64,000 nt of DNA, taken from positions 1-64,000 of the IMG/VR virus record IMGVR_UViG_3300009496_000005; one strand, written 5' to 3'. The position numbers and the translations under genes are program-made. The notes beneath the pieces were generated by a model. It saw only the letters and a program-made list of their open reading frames with translations. It searched no databases and was not told where the DNA came from. Source of the DNA: a virus. This document shows positions 17,685 through 27,772 of this stretch, in pieces (positions within the stretch are counted from its first letter, which is position 1; each line of letters begins with the position of its first letter).

Positions 17685-18173
17685 GTGCAGAGATTTAATA
17701 AGTTAATCTCTGATGAGACTGTTCAATCTGTATTTAAACTTTACCACAATTCTGTAAACAGAGTAACATTAGATGATCAAGTAGTTGATAGGCACGCCCC
17801 TAGTGCCGTTGGACACTTTATGTTATCTAAGTTTACCAACGACGAATTTGATTTTGTTTGGCAAGAAGTTAAAGAGCAAATAAAAGACCACAGTTTAGTT
17901 TATGCTAGAGTATTAAAATATAACAGAGGATGCTTTATACAGCCTCACACTGACTCTTACAAGCAAGGGCAACAAGATAGTAACAAGAGTTTAATTATAC
18001 AACTAAATGCAACTACTGACTTTAAAGGTGGTGCCGCATTTGTTAATAAAGAACTTATAGAACTAGAGCAAAAAGATGGTGTGCTATATGAGTATAACGA
18101 ATTACATGAAGTAAAACCCGTCTTAAAAGGTCTTCGCTATGTTGTTAATCTGCGACTTAAATCAGATAAGTAA
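17685..18173 (+). CDS. 2OG-Fe(II) oxygenase
   Basis: KY...PHTD...FKGG...HEVKPV...RY. Confidence 0.8.
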   Translation: MQRFNKLISDETVQSVFKLYHNSVNRVTLDDQVVDRHAPSAVGHFMLSKFTNDEFDFVWQEVKEQIKDHSLVYARVLKYNRGCFIQPHTDSYKQGQQDSNKSLIIQLNATTDFKGGAAFVNKELIELEQKDGVLYEYNELHEVKPVLKGLRYVVNLRLKSDK

Positions 18174-18191
18174 TACATATAGGAGGCATTT

Positions 18192-18341
18192 ATGGATGAG
18201 TTAAAACAATTTAAACCTGAGGTTTATACCCCAACAAAAAAGAAATTAGATGAAAATAATTATGACGAAGATGGAGTTTTACATGAGAACTGTGGGACAC
18301 CTGAATGCTGTCAAAAATGTGATACAGACACAGAGGAATAA
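18192..18341 (+). CDS. Cys-rich microprotein (49 aa, not in ORF track)
   Basis: AGGAGG SD; HENCGTPECCQKC. Confidence 0.7.
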   Translation: MDELKQFKPEVYTPTKKKLDENNYDEDGVLHENCGTPECCQKCDTDTEE

Positions 18342-19210
18342 TGAAAGCAAATTTTAGTTTTTTAGAATACAGTTTCAATTCTAATCTAGGTTCACCTGCT
18401 AAACTATATCAGAGACTAGAATTGTTAGGCTGGACACTTAGAAGTAGACACAAAAATAGTGGAGCATCTATTTGGAATCAAAACAAAAGTATTATATTAT
18501 TAAAGGATAACATTAACATACCTACAAAGTTCAAAGCAACTGGAGTAGGTTTCATGATACCATCACTCACAGACATCACATTGCCTAATACAGAATTTGA
18601 TCCTACTACAGGATTTTATAAACACACAAACGATTTACACAACTTTAACATCTATCTAGTAAGCGAAAGCATTATGAATCAAAAAGTAGAAGATGAATAT
18701 ACAGTTGTTAACGACAGGCCTGCTAACAATACAGCAGGATTAGATACAACCACAGGTCTTATTATTAATAATAAAGACGGAAAGATAGAAGAATTATTTA
18801 AGCAACTAGGATTTACTAGTGAGGATAAGCAAGGTAAGTATACAAGATTAACATCAACTATAAGCAAGTTTACAATAATGATAGACAATAGTGATAACAC
18901 TGGCATTAGATCTTTTATTATTGATACGCCAGATGTATTTAGATCTACAGCATTATATTCTATTAAGAAAGTAAACCTACTTGATGTTAAACACGATCAA
19001 GACTTATCTGCTTTTGGCAAACTTGAACACAAGATTAAAGGTTACAATATTAAAGCATGGGGAAATGAAGAAAGCCACAGTTTAGAAAATGTTGTTCCTA
19101 AACAAGAATTCTTTCCAACTGATATTATTTTTAGACAACGTAGACAGTATTTAAAAATTAATCAATACACACTTGAATATTATGACAGCCTCAACAACTC
19201 TACGCAGTAA
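18341..19210 (+). CDS. degenerate HppD/VOC-fold-like protein
   Basis: collinear resemblance to 4-hydroxyphenylpyruvate dioxygenase (FSFLEY, LGWTLRSRH, GKYTRLTS, GIRSF, RQRR) but metal ligands absent. Confidence 0.5.
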   Translation: MKANFSFLEYSFNSNLGSPAKLYQRLELLGWTLRSRHKNSGASIWNQNKSIILLKDNINIPTKFKATGVGFMIPSLTDITLPNTEFDPTTGFYKHTNDLHNFNIYLVSESIMNQKVEDEYTVVNDRPANNTAGLDTTTGLIINNKDGKIEELFKQLGFTSEDKQGKYTRLTSTISKFTIMIDNSDNTGIRSFIIDTPDVFRSTALYSIKKVNLLDVKHDQDLSAFGKLEHKIKGYNIKAWGNEESHSLENVVPKQEFFPTDIIFRQRRQYLKINQYTLEYYDSLNNSTQ

Positions 19211-19514
19211 AACATATATGGATGTATTTCCAGATGATGAGATGCTAGACGCATTTGGACATTTACACCCTAATGTTACAGAAAGAAATGCATACTTTTT
19301 TGACAAGTGGATGGAGTGGAGAGTAAACAGAATTAAAATCAAAGGTGTTACAAATAAAGCACAATCAAGCAGAACAGAAAACGAAATAAAAAACATTTGC
19401 AAAACTATAGGACTTAGAGAGTTTTGGGACTTTCAAGTTAAGCCTGGCGAAGTAAGGTTTGCTCAGGCAGACTATATGGCAATGTTTAGAATTAAATGGG
19501 GCAACAATGGATAA
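19173..19514 (+). CDS. hypothetical protein (start uncertain)
   Basis: ORF in operon; C-terminal VRF...MFRIKW. Confidence 0.6.
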   Translation: MNIMTASTTLRSKTYMDVFPDDEMLDAFGHLHPNVTERNAYFFDKWMEWRVNRIKIKGVTNKAQSSRTENEIKNICKTIGLREFWDFQVKPGEVRFAQADYMAMFRIKWGNNG

Positions 19515-19827
19515 TTGGGAAAAGTATCAAAGTTTAAATGAAGATGCACTCTTAGATGAAATACAAAAGATTCATAAAAGATTATTTAAAGTAAAGCCTG
19601 GAACTGTTATGTATAATCAAATAAAAGGTATGTTAGACATGGCTGAAATGGCATACCGTGATAAGATAGCAATAGTAAATTTAAAAAGTGATACATCTCC
19701 TAGTATGATGGAGATAGGTAATATAGACGGTTCCTACGAGCAAGTAGATTATAGTCCTGAAGCACTTCTTAATCTAACAGTAGAATCATACACAAAAACA
19801 TTAAGAGGTAAAATAAAAAAATCATGA
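19507..19827 (+). CDS. hypothetical protein
   Basis: ORF in operon. Confidence 0.65.
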   Translation: MDNWEKYQSLNEDALLDEIQKIHKRLFKVKPGTVMYNQIKGMLDMAEMAYRDKIAIVNLKSDTSPSMMEIGNIDGSYEQVDYSPEALLNLTVESYTKTLRGKIKKS

Positions 19828-20543
19828 AAAGTCTAAGATTACATAAGATGGTATCTATAAAATTGCTGTTTGTAAATCCAGAAGCAAGAATGTTAGAGCA
19901 AAAGGATTACGAAATTGAGTTTTCAATACATACAGAAGGTGTAGAAGGTGCTACCCAAGGAGCAATAAGTCAAAACAAAGGCTTTCAAAAGATTGTATAT
20001 TTGCTTACTGACATTATAAATGAGAGCATTGTTTATGCTCCGGAGCAAATACCTTTAATGGAAAAATACTTTGCAGAATACGACAATAACTTTTTTGTTC
20101 TACCTATCATATCAGAAACTATGTTGATAGAAACTCTACATTCTAAATTTAACTCTGTAGTAGATGATAATACATTTGTAGATTTTATATCACTTAAAGA
20201 TAAATCAGCACAACTAGGATACACTTACTTAAATGATGAACCAGGTGACTACGATTTACCTGTAGACAATACTTGGATAGGTGCTTTTCCTTTTTGGGAT
20301 AGACCATGGTGGGAAAGATATGACTCTACTACATTTGATAACTCAGGCAAGGATAAAGAAGAGCAACAAACTGTAATAGAAAGTAGAGCAGAACAAGGTG
20401 TAGACAGATTAACTACAATGGTATTTGATGAGATAGATAAGAATATAGAAGATATGTTAGGCGAACCTAAGTCAGGAGAAGTAATAGATATTCAAGATAT
20501 CATAAAACGCAGAGAAGCAAAATGGAAACCAACTTTAGTTTAA
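19824..20543 (+). CDS. hypothetical protein
   Basis: ATGA-coupled ORF; PWWERYDSTTFD. Confidence 0.65.
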   Translation: MKSLRLHKMVSIKLLFVNPEARMLEQKDYEIEFSIHTEGVEGATQGAISQNKGFQKIVYLLTDIINESIVYAPEQIPLMEKYFAEYDNNFFVLPIISETMLIETLHSKFNSVVDDNTFVDFISLKDKSAQLGYTYLNDEPGDYDLPVDNTWIGAFPFWDRPWWERYDSTTFDNSGKDKEEQQTVIESRAEQGVDRLTTMVFDEIDKNIEDMLGEPKSGEVIDIQDIIKRREAKWKPTLV

Positions 20544-21238
20544 ATCACGCAGAATATATAGAACGCAATAAATTATTAGCAGAAGAGAATGCGTTCAGTG
20601 GTAAAGCATTATTAGAATGGCATAAGGCTGTAATATGGCATTGCATGATTAGACATTACTCGCCTACACAATGGATGGATTATGGTTGTGGTCCTGCATT
20701 CTCCTATCAGGAAGGAGAGCAAATGCATAGTATTATTGCTGAAACTAACAGCAAAGAGCCAATATTATATGATCCTTGCCATGAACCTTACAATACATTT
20801 CCAACTGTTGAAAGTGTCCCAGGCGTAGTTTGTGTAGATGTTTTAGAACATATACCTGCAACAGACACATCAGCAACATTAGATTACCTTTTTAATGTTT
20901 GCAGTGAATGGATGTTCCTGTTTATATCAACCAAACGAGGAGCAAGAGGATTCATTAATCATCATGAGTCTACACATTGCACACTCAAAACTAGACAAGA
21001 ATGGGTAAACATTGTAGATAGTTATGCAGTAAGCAAAGGCATACCTGTAGTATTAGCAACAGACTATGTAGGAGATTCTTTTGATCACGATGGTAAAGGT
21101 ATGACATATGATCATTGGAATATGCCTGTTAGTTTAGTAGATAAAATAAAATCAAGTAGAGCAAGTTTTTATGAATATAGTCCAGATAGAACAGAAATGT
21201 ATCCATGGGACTTGACAAATAGTAACTTTGACATATAA
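20522..21238 (+). CDS. class I SAM-dependent methyltransferase-like protein
   Basis: MDYGCG, YDP, CVDVLEHIP. Confidence 0.7.
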   Translation: METNFSLNHAEYIERNKLLAEENAFSGKALLEWHKAVIWHCMIRHYSPTQWMDYGCGPAFSYQEGEQMHSIIAETNSKEPILYDPCHEPYNTFPTVESVPGVVCVDVLEHIPATDTSATLDYLFNVCSEWMFLFISTKRGARGFINHHESTHCTLKTRQEWVNIVDSYAVSKGIPVVLATDYVGDSFDHDGKGMTYDHWNMPVSLVDKIKSSRASFYEYSPDRTEMYPWDLTNSNFDI

Positions 21239-21246
21239 TATATAGT

Positions 21247-21720
21247 ATGGATAAAAGTCTAGCGACAGAACAGCAAGGTATTGAATTACTGTATAGAGGT
21301 GAGAACATTGAAGATGTTCCTTTTATAGATGCAGAGCAATACAACGAGTTTGCAAAAGAATTAGACCTGCCCTCGATTACTGATACAGCAGATTGGAGTC
21401 TAGACTTTAACATACCGCAACACTACAAAGACTTAGACGTAGAGGAATATGTTAGAAGGTTAGTTCCTAACGTAAAGGACCAGACTGATAAACTGGCTTA
21501 CCTTAATAGAGTAGAAGAGGAACTAGCACTTTACAAAGCCAGGAACTTATATCCTATGTTACAATTAATGATATATATAATTGATACCTTTAAAAAGAAT
21601 AATCTTGTTAGAGGCGTTGGCCGAGGTAGTAGTGTTGCAAGTTATGTGCTCTATTTAATCGGTGTGCATAAGGTTAATAGTTATAAATATAAGTTAAACA
21701 TTAGAGAGTTTTTAAAATAA
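21247..21720 (+). CDS. DNA polymerase III alpha (DnaE)-like fragment
   Basis: RVEEEL...GVGRGSSVASYVLYLIGVHKVN matches DnaE GxGRGS..GS motif; only 157 aa. Confidence 0.8.
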   Translation: MDKSLATEQQGIELLYRGENIEDVPFIDAEQYNEFAKELDLPSITDTADWSLDFNIPQHYKDLDVEEYVRRLVPNVKDQTDKLAYLNRVEEELALYKARNLYPMLQLMIYIIDTFKKNNLVRGVGRGSSVASYVLYLIGVHKVNSYKYKLNIREFLK

Positions 21721-22211
21721 TGGTGCAAAAGAAAACAAGTAGAGGCGCAATAATAGATTTTGACGCAATGGTCCGAGCAGGTGAAAATGAACGTGCTATC
21801 GGTAATATGCCTGTGAATGCAAAAGGTGATGTTGTAAAAGGTAGTGGCGTAGTTAAAAGCAATGAAGAAAGAGTTAGAGAATACTACGAAACTACTAAAA
21901 CAGTAACACAAGAAAAAACAAGCCTCAAAGGTGATGCTCCAGTAGTATCAGGTGAGGTAAGCAAAGTCGCACAACCTAAAACTGCAGATACACAAAAAGA
22001 AAACATTAGAACACAAGAGGCACAGGAACAGGCTAAGAAAAATTTAACACCTGATCCAGTGCCAGAACCAGAACCAGAGGCACCACTAGGTGAGAGTTTT
22101 GACGAACGGGAGCCACTAGGCTTCAAAGAAGTAGAACTTCCTAACGGTGACATAGAAATGGTTCCTTATTACACAGAGGAAGATGCACCAAATGAGACTA
22201 AGAGCACTTAG
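21720..22211 (+). CDS. hypothetical protein
   Basis: AIGNMPVNAKGD motif; low-complexity tail. Confidence 0.7.
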   Translation: MVQKKTSRGAIIDFDAMVRAGENERAIGNMPVNAKGDVVKGSGVVKSNEERVREYYETTKTVTQEKTSLKGDAPVVSGEVSKVAQPKTADTQKENIRTQEAQEQAKKNLTPDPVPEPEPEAPLGESFDEREPLGFKEVELPNGDIEMVPYYTEEDAPNETKST

Positions 22212-22554
22212 CGATAATATACTTTGTATCGAAGGAGACTTCGGTGACCAACAAACAGAATCCGGTATAATTGTAAAATCCACTATAGGCAAAGCAGAAG
22301 GAGTTGTTCCAAGATGGTTCAAAGTCTTTGAAGTTGGGCCTAAGATCAATTGGCTAAAGCCAGGTCAGTATGTTTATGTGCAACATGGCCGTTGGACTGA
22401 AGGATTTAAAGCCACAGATGATAGGTTAGACCCAGATCAAAAAGTTTGGAAAGTAGAACCCAAAGCATGTATGCTTGTTAGTGATGATAAGCCTGATATG
22501 TCAATTAACCTTACTGACTCAACCGTGTCAGCATTTAAAAAAACAAGAGACTAA
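22192..22554 (+). CDS. groES: co-chaperonin GroES-like protein
   Basis: LRALSDNIL, TESGIIV mobile loop, VFEVGP...LKPGQYV. Confidence 0.75.
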   Translation: MRLRALSDNILCIEGDFGDQQTESGIIVKSTIGKAEGVVPRWFKVFEVGPKINWLKPGQYVYVQHGRWTEGFKATDDRLDPDQKVWKVEPKACMLVSDDKPDMSINLTDSTVSAFKKTRD

Positions 22555-22712
22555 TGAAAATACCAGAGAACAGAATAGGACTATCAACATCAGGATTAAC
22601 AGGTAATGTAATACTAGCAGGAGTTATATTTGCAGGACTAAATCCATGGTGGTTAGTATTATCAGGCTTTTTTATAATCAGTGCAATAGGAATTGAAACC
22701 GGTAGCAAGTAA
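22554..22712 (+). CDS. small membrane protein (52 aa, not in ORF track)
   Basis: TAATG coupling; hydrophobic. Confidence 0.55.
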   Translation: MKIPENRIGLSTSGLTGNVILAGVIFAGLNPWWLVLSGFFIISAIGIETGSK

Positions 22713-22713
22713 T

Positions 22714-22950
22714 ATGCCCTACATAGAAAAAACAGGTAATAAAGCAATAGCAGAACAACTATGGCAATGGGAAGGTGTGATGCACGACCCATATATAGAT
22801 GGCTTTAATGGTTGGGGTTGTAAACAAAAGATTTACGAAGTTTACTGGCAAGCCAAAGAAGCACTAGATAATGCACCAACTTATGCTGGTGAAGATGAAT
22901 GGCTTGAAGAAAAGAAATTCGATAAAGCATTTAACAGATTAAAAAAATGA
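22714..22950 (+). CDS. hypothetical protein
   Basis: ORF in operon. Confidence 0.65.
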   Translation: MPYIEKTGNKAIAEQLWQWEGVMHDPYIDGFNGWGCKQKIYEVYWQAKEALDNAPTYAGEDEWLEEKKFDKAFNRLKK

Positions 22951-23750
22951 AAATAGGAATTATAGGCAAAGGCTTTGTAGGTTCAGCAGTTGCTAATGGC
23001 TTCGACAGAGATGTCAAACAGTTTGTGGTGGATCCCAGAATCAACGACAACACAATAAACGACCTTGTTCGTGACTTTGATCCGCCACTCCTTTTTGTAT
23101 GCTTACCTACACCACAACAGCATACGCACTTAGATGTTGACGTAAGTCAGGTTAGACAGGCACTAAGCGACTTATATGACTTAAAATACAAAGGTATAGT
23201 AGTAATTAAAAGCACTATTACTCCAGACCATTTAACTAAAATGAAGAAAGATTTTAAGTTAAAGTTAGTTTATAATCCAGAGTTCCTCACAGAAGCAAAC
23301 AGTTTGCGAGACTTTATCAATCCTAATATGCAAATACTAGGAGGCAAGTGGAGAGATTGTGAAGCAGTGGAGAAGGCATATATAAGGCACAGTTCAGTTA
23401 AAACTGTTCCTACATTTAAAACAGATATGATTACAGCAAGCCTAATCAAGTATACAATCAATAGTTGGTTAGCATTAAAAGTTACATTCTTTAATGAACT
23501 ACATGGTTTGTTTGAAAATTCAGGTGCGGCACCTCAGTGGAGTCAATTTACAGATATGCTAACAAGAGATCCACGCATTGGAGATAGCCATATGAGTGTT
23601 CCAGGTCTGGATGGCAAGTTTGGTTATGGTGGACATTGTTTCCCAAAAGACACTAAGGCATTCTTATACTATTCTAAACTCAAAAAGAAAGAACTGACGT
23701 TGCTTAAAGCCGCTATCCAACTTAACGAAAAGCAACGTGAAGAAAGTTAA
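22947..23750 (+). CDS. ugd: UDP-glucose/GDP-mannose dehydrogenase family (short form)
   Basis: GIIGKGFVG, IKSTI, YNPEFL, GYGGHCFPKD. Confidence 0.88.
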   Translation: MKIGIIGKGFVGSAVANGFDRDVKQFVVDPRINDNTINDLVRDFDPPLLFVCLPTPQQHTHLDVDVSQVRQALSDLYDLKYKGIVVIKSTITPDHLTKMKKDFKLKLVYNPEFLTEANSLRDFINPNMQILGGKWRDCEAVEKAYIRHSSVKTVPTFKTDMITASLIKYTINSWLALKVTFFNELHGLFENSGAAPQWSQFTDMLTRDPRIGDSHMSVPGLDGKFGYGGHCFPKDTKAFLYYSKLKKKELTLLKAAIQLNEKQREES

Positions 23751-24915
23751 GTTTATTTTTGAAATAAAATCTACTACAAGTCCTTTAAGATCAACAAAGA
23801 CTGTTTCGTTCTTTAACTTTATGGAAAGGGATAGAACAGGCGACGGGTTTAAATTTCCTTTTACTTATGAATTACATTATACTAATGCTTTTGAAAGCAA
23901 TGATGTAGATCCTGATGCAACTAATGTATTTGTTGTTCCTATGAACATAGATTATATTAGACAATTAAACTTTGATGTGCTGTATGATTTACAAGACAAA
24001 CACTCAAACGTAATATTACTTGCAGACTACAGTAACGAAAGTAACTTCCCAGCAAACTTTGGAACTAGAAACAATATAGAAAATAACTTTGAAACAGAAA
24101 GATTTATTTGCACAATGTTAAGTTTACATAATGGAGAGGAAATACCAGAGCCCAAGTTTAAAAAAATATTTCCTATTTGGATGTTTGCTACAGGAGTATT
24201 AAATGAGATACTTGATAGACGTAACGAAAAACATCTACATAACATTCCTCCTTTTACTTGGCCTGGCAAAGAAACATTCAAACAGTTCTTCTTCCCCAAT
24301 AGGCTAGGAAGAGTGTGTAGGTTAGACTTAATTGTTAAAGCACACAAAGAAGGTTTGCTAGACAAGTGCGAGTGGACACTGATGATTCCTAGCACTGAAG
24401 GTTATCTAGAGGAATACAATCCGCACCATGAGTATTTTAAACTGTTTGGCACAGAACATAAAGGCATAGATCATACAGAGTTTGAATACAAATGGAGTCA
24501 TCCAGCCTCAGAGTTTAATCAAGGTGGGCCACACGAAGCCTTTCCAATGGCAGTATTAGAACGAACACTAGCAGTTATAATATCAGATACATACAATGAT
24601 AACAACTTAATCAGTGATGGCTCAGAAAAGATATTAAAGCCTTTGATGTATGGCATGCCTGTTTTTTATAATGGCAGGACAGGAGTCATTAACAAACTAA
24701 AGGAGTTTGGTTTTTGGTTTCCAGGCAGTGACTACAACAATATCTTAGATGCAGAAGAACGCAGTAAGCAAATGATAGAGGACTGCTTAAACTTTGAGAC
24801 TGTGATATCTAAAGAAACAGCCGAACATGTTAAAGAAAACAAGCAACTTATGTTTGATCGTAACACACATTATAAATTAAGCAAAGATTTATTTGATTAT
24901 ATACTTGACTTTTAA
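23737..24915 (+). CDS. hypothetical protein, possibly glycosyltransferase-related
   Basis: SEKILKPLMYGMP...LKEFGF motif; follows ugd. Confidence 0.5.
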   Translation: MKKVKFIFEIKSTTSPLRSTKTVSFFNFMERDRTGDGFKFPFTYELHYTNAFESNDVDPDATNVFVVPMNIDYIRQLNFDVLYDLQDKHSNVILLADYSNESNFPANFGTRNNIENNFETERFICTMLSLHNGEEIPEPKFKKIFPIWMFATGVLNEILDRRNEKHLHNIPPFTWPGKETFKQFFFPNRLGRVCRLDLIVKAHKEGLLDKCEWTLMIPSTEGYLEEYNPHHEYFKLFGTEHKGIDHTEFEYKWSHPASEFNQGGPHEAFPMAVLERTLAVIISDTYNDNNLISDGSEKILKPLMYGMPVFYNGRTGVINKLKEFGFWFPGSDYNNILDAEERSKQMIEDCLNFETVISKETAEHVKENKQLMFDRNTHYKLSKDLFDYILDF

Positions 24916-24939
24916 TATAAAGTATCGTATAATGTAATT

Positions 24940-25110
24940 ATGTATTGTAGTGAATGTAATAAGTTATTAATTGCGAGTGAAATAAAATATTTTACTCCTG
25001 ACCACAATAATGTTTTCTGTGATGCATATTGTAGTAATGCCTGGTATAGCAAAACTTTTGAAAAACTAGATGCTAAAACAGACCAAACGGAGAATAACAA
25101 TGATGAGTAA
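24940..25110 (+). CDS. small zinc-finger protein (56 aa, not in ORF track)
   Basis: MYCSEC...FCDAYC; ATG 6 nt after TATAAT (24928-24933). Confidence 0.6.
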   Translation: MYCSECNKLLIASEIKYFTPDHNNVFCDAYCSNAWYSKTFEKLDAKTDQTENNNDE

Positions 25111-25363
25111 TAAACAAATAGAAGAATTTATTGCTCACCTGAATGATAAACTTTTTGATGCAGAAGAAGAATATAATGTATCTAGAACGGAAATATTGTC
25201 TATTGTATTAGCAGTAGCACTAGGCGGTATAAGAGCAGAAGCAAAAATATCAGGTGACATAAAAGGTATTGAAAAAGACTTAGCATCATTGGGCATAATA
25301 TTTGATCGCATAGAATTTATCGAAGATGAATTTGATATACCAACAGATGAAACAATACACTAG
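25100..25363 (+). CDS. hypothetical protein
   Basis: GGAG SD; acidic tail. Confidence 0.6.
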   Translation: MMSNKQIEEFIAHLNDKLFDAEEEYNVSRTEILSIVLAVALGGIRAEAKISGDIKGIEKDLASLGIIFDRIEFIEDEFDIPTDETIH

Positions 25364-25371
25364 GATAAAAT

Positions 25372-26298
25372 ATGAAAGAACTTTGGACAGAAAAATATAG
25401 ACCTTCAAGCATTGAAACTTATGTTTTCAGAGATGATAAACAAAAGCGACAGGTAAGTGGTTGGCTTGGAGATGGGGCACTACCACACTTGCTATTCAGT
25501 GGTGCTCCAGGAACAGGTAAAACAACATTAGCAAAAGTTTTACTGAAAGAATTAGATATTGATCCAATGGATGTGTTAGAGATTAATGCATCGAATGAAA
25601 ACAATGTAGATACTATTCGTAATAAGATAACAAACTTTAGTAGCACAATGCCTTTTGGTGATATGAAATATGTATTACTTGATGAGGCTGATTACATTAC
25701 ACCTAATGGACAAGCGGCACTTCGTGGTGTTATGGAAATGTATCATACTAGTTGCAGGTTTTTACTGACATGTAATTATTCACAAAGAATTATTCCTGCA
25801 TTGCATAGTAGATGTCAAGGGTTTCATATTGAAAAACTAGACATACAAGAGTTCACAGCAAGACTGGCAACTATTTGTATTGAAGAAGATGTTCAACTAG
25901 ACGGTGAAACATTAGATACTTATGTCCAAGCAACATATCCAGACTTGCGTAAGAGCATTAACTTAGTGCAACAGAACGTAGTCGATGGTGTATTACAAAA
26001 GCCACAAGATGGCGATGGTGCAAGTTCAAGTGATTGGATGCTAAGTGCTATTGAAATGTTTAAAGGCGGAGACTATAAAGGTGCTAGAACAATGATTTGT
26101 AGTCAAGCAAGACCTGAGGAGTATGATGATGTATATAAATTTATGTATCGTAACTTAGAACTTTGGGGAACTACAGACTTACAACAAGACCAGGCAGTTG
26201 TTATTATTAGAAACGGCATGGCAAAGAGCAGTTTATGTGCTGACCCTGAGATTAACCTTAGTGCAACACTTATCGAATTACAATTAAATTCAGCATAG
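25372..26298 (+). CDS. clamp loader subunit (RFC/gp44-like AAA+)
   Basis: WTEKYRP, GAPGTGKT, INAS, LDEAD, SRC. Confidence 0.93.
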   Translation: MKELWTEKYRPSSIETYVFRDDKQKRQVSGWLGDGALPHLLFSGAPGTGKTTLAKVLLKELDIDPMDVLEINASNENNVDTIRNKITNFSSTMPFGDMKYVLLDEADYITPNGQAALRGVMEMYHTSCRFLLTCNYSQRIIPALHSRCQGFHIEKLDIQEFTARLATICIEEDVQLDGETLDTYVQATYPDLRKSINLVQQNVVDGVLQKPQDGDGASSSDWMLSAIEMFKGGDYKGARTMICSQARPEEYDDVYKFMYRNLELWGTTDLQQDQAVVIIRNGMAKSSLCADPEINLSATLIELQLNSA

Positions 26299-26315
26299 AT
26301 TAGTTAAATAGTAAT

Positions 26316-27764
26316 ATGAAATTTGTTTTGCTAACAGACTTAGGCAAGAAACCTACACGATCAGGCTTACTGTTTAATAATAGTAGAAGTTCTGGCAGTC
26401 TGCATATAGTAAGCGAAGCAAGAAACTTTGGTGCAGAAGCAACCGGCATAGACTATTGGCGTAGTTGGCCTTATGAATTACTTAAAGAATCCATACTATC
26501 ATATTTTAATGATGACTCTGAGCCTTGGTTAGCCTTAAGTGGAAGTATAGACGGCAGTAGCACAGATGACTTTAAAATACTTGTAGATGATATAAAGAAA
26601 GAATTACCTCAACTTAAAGTTATGCTAGGTGGATACAGAGTTCCAGTTGGTGAAAAAGATTGGGTAGATATTGCATTCATTGGTAGAAGCACAAACTTGT
26701 TTAGGAGATGGTTAAACAAAGAGCCACTTGATCAATACATTATGTCTACAGAACCTTTAACATTAAAAAATCCATGGGGTGAAATACTAGAAGAGCCAGT
26801 AAGTCCTATTGTTGTTCCAGAAGATTTTATATCAGACAGAGAAGTTTTAGTAGTAGAAACAGCATTAGGTTGTAAGTTTGATTGTAGTTTTTGTGGCTAT
26901 GACTTTAGAAACAACAAAAAGCCTCATTTAATAGATGAGGAAGTATTATATAACAGTTTAAAAACAGCACATGATATGTTTGGGGTTGACCATTTCTTCT
27001 TTGCTGATGATACAATTAACGAAGTAGATGTTAAATTAGAACTTATAGGCAGAGTAGTAGAGCAATTAGACTTTAATCCTTCATTCATGGCATTTGCTAG
27101 ATTAGATGTGGTAGGTGCTAAAACACATCAAATTGATCTAATGCAAAAAGCAAACATAGATACATTATTTTTTGGCATAGAAAGTTTTAATCCTAATGTT
27201 ACAAAGATGATTCGTAAAGGAGGCAAGCCAGATAAGTTATTAGACACATTGAGATTATTTAAAAAAGAAATGCCAGATGCATTTACATACGCAAACTTTA
27301 TTATAGGTCTTACTGGCGACACAGAAGAAAGCATTTGGGAACACGGACATAAACTTATAGAAGAACAACTTGTAACCAGTGCAGGCTGTAATGCTCTAAG
27401 AATTTATCAAAACTTAGATAATCCAGATGTAGAAAGTAATATAGATAAAGACCCAGAGAAATTTGGTTACGAACTTACAGGACAAGATAGAGAATGGCCG
27501 GAACTTGGATATACATCTAAAACTTGGAAGAACGATTGGATAGATGTTAAACAAGCAGAAGAACTTGCAAAAAAATATGATAAGGTAATGGCAGACGGAT
27601 TAGAATCTGTGTTTACAGCACACGAGATATTAGGTATAGCAGGACTATTTAAAGATAGATTACCTTGGAAAAATTATAATAATCTTTTACCTATAGCGAA
27701 CAAAGGGCAAACTAAAATGCTCAATAAATATATAAAGAATAAAAGCATGTTTTTAAAAAGGTAA
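26316..27764 (+). CDS. radical SAM protein
   Basis: ETALGCKFDCSFC, FADDTIN, FFGIES. Confidence 0.85.
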   Translation: MKFVLLTDLGKKPTRSGLLFNNSRSSGSLHIVSEARNFGAEATGIDYWRSWPYELLKESILSYFNDDSEPWLALSGSIDGSSTDDFKILVDDIKKELPQLKVMLGGYRVPVGEKDWVDIAFIGRSTNLFRRWLNKEPLDQYIMSTEPLTLKNPWGEILEEPVSPIVVPEDFISDREVLVVETALGCKFDCSFCGYDFRNNKKPHLIDEEVLYNSLKTAHDMFGVDHFFFADDTINEVDVKLELIGRVVEQLDFNPSFMAFARLDVVGAKTHQIDLMQKANIDTLFFGIESFNPNVTKMIRKGGKPDKLLDTLRLFKKEMPDAFTYANFIIGLTGDTEESIWEHGHKLIEEQLVTSAGCNALRIYQNLDNPDVESNIDKDPEKFGYELTGQDREWPELGYTSKTWKNDWIDVKQAEELAKKYDKVMADGLESVFTAHEILGIAGLFKDRLPWKNYNNLLPIANKGQTKMLNKYIKNKSMFLKR

Positions 27765-27772
27765 ATAAGAGT

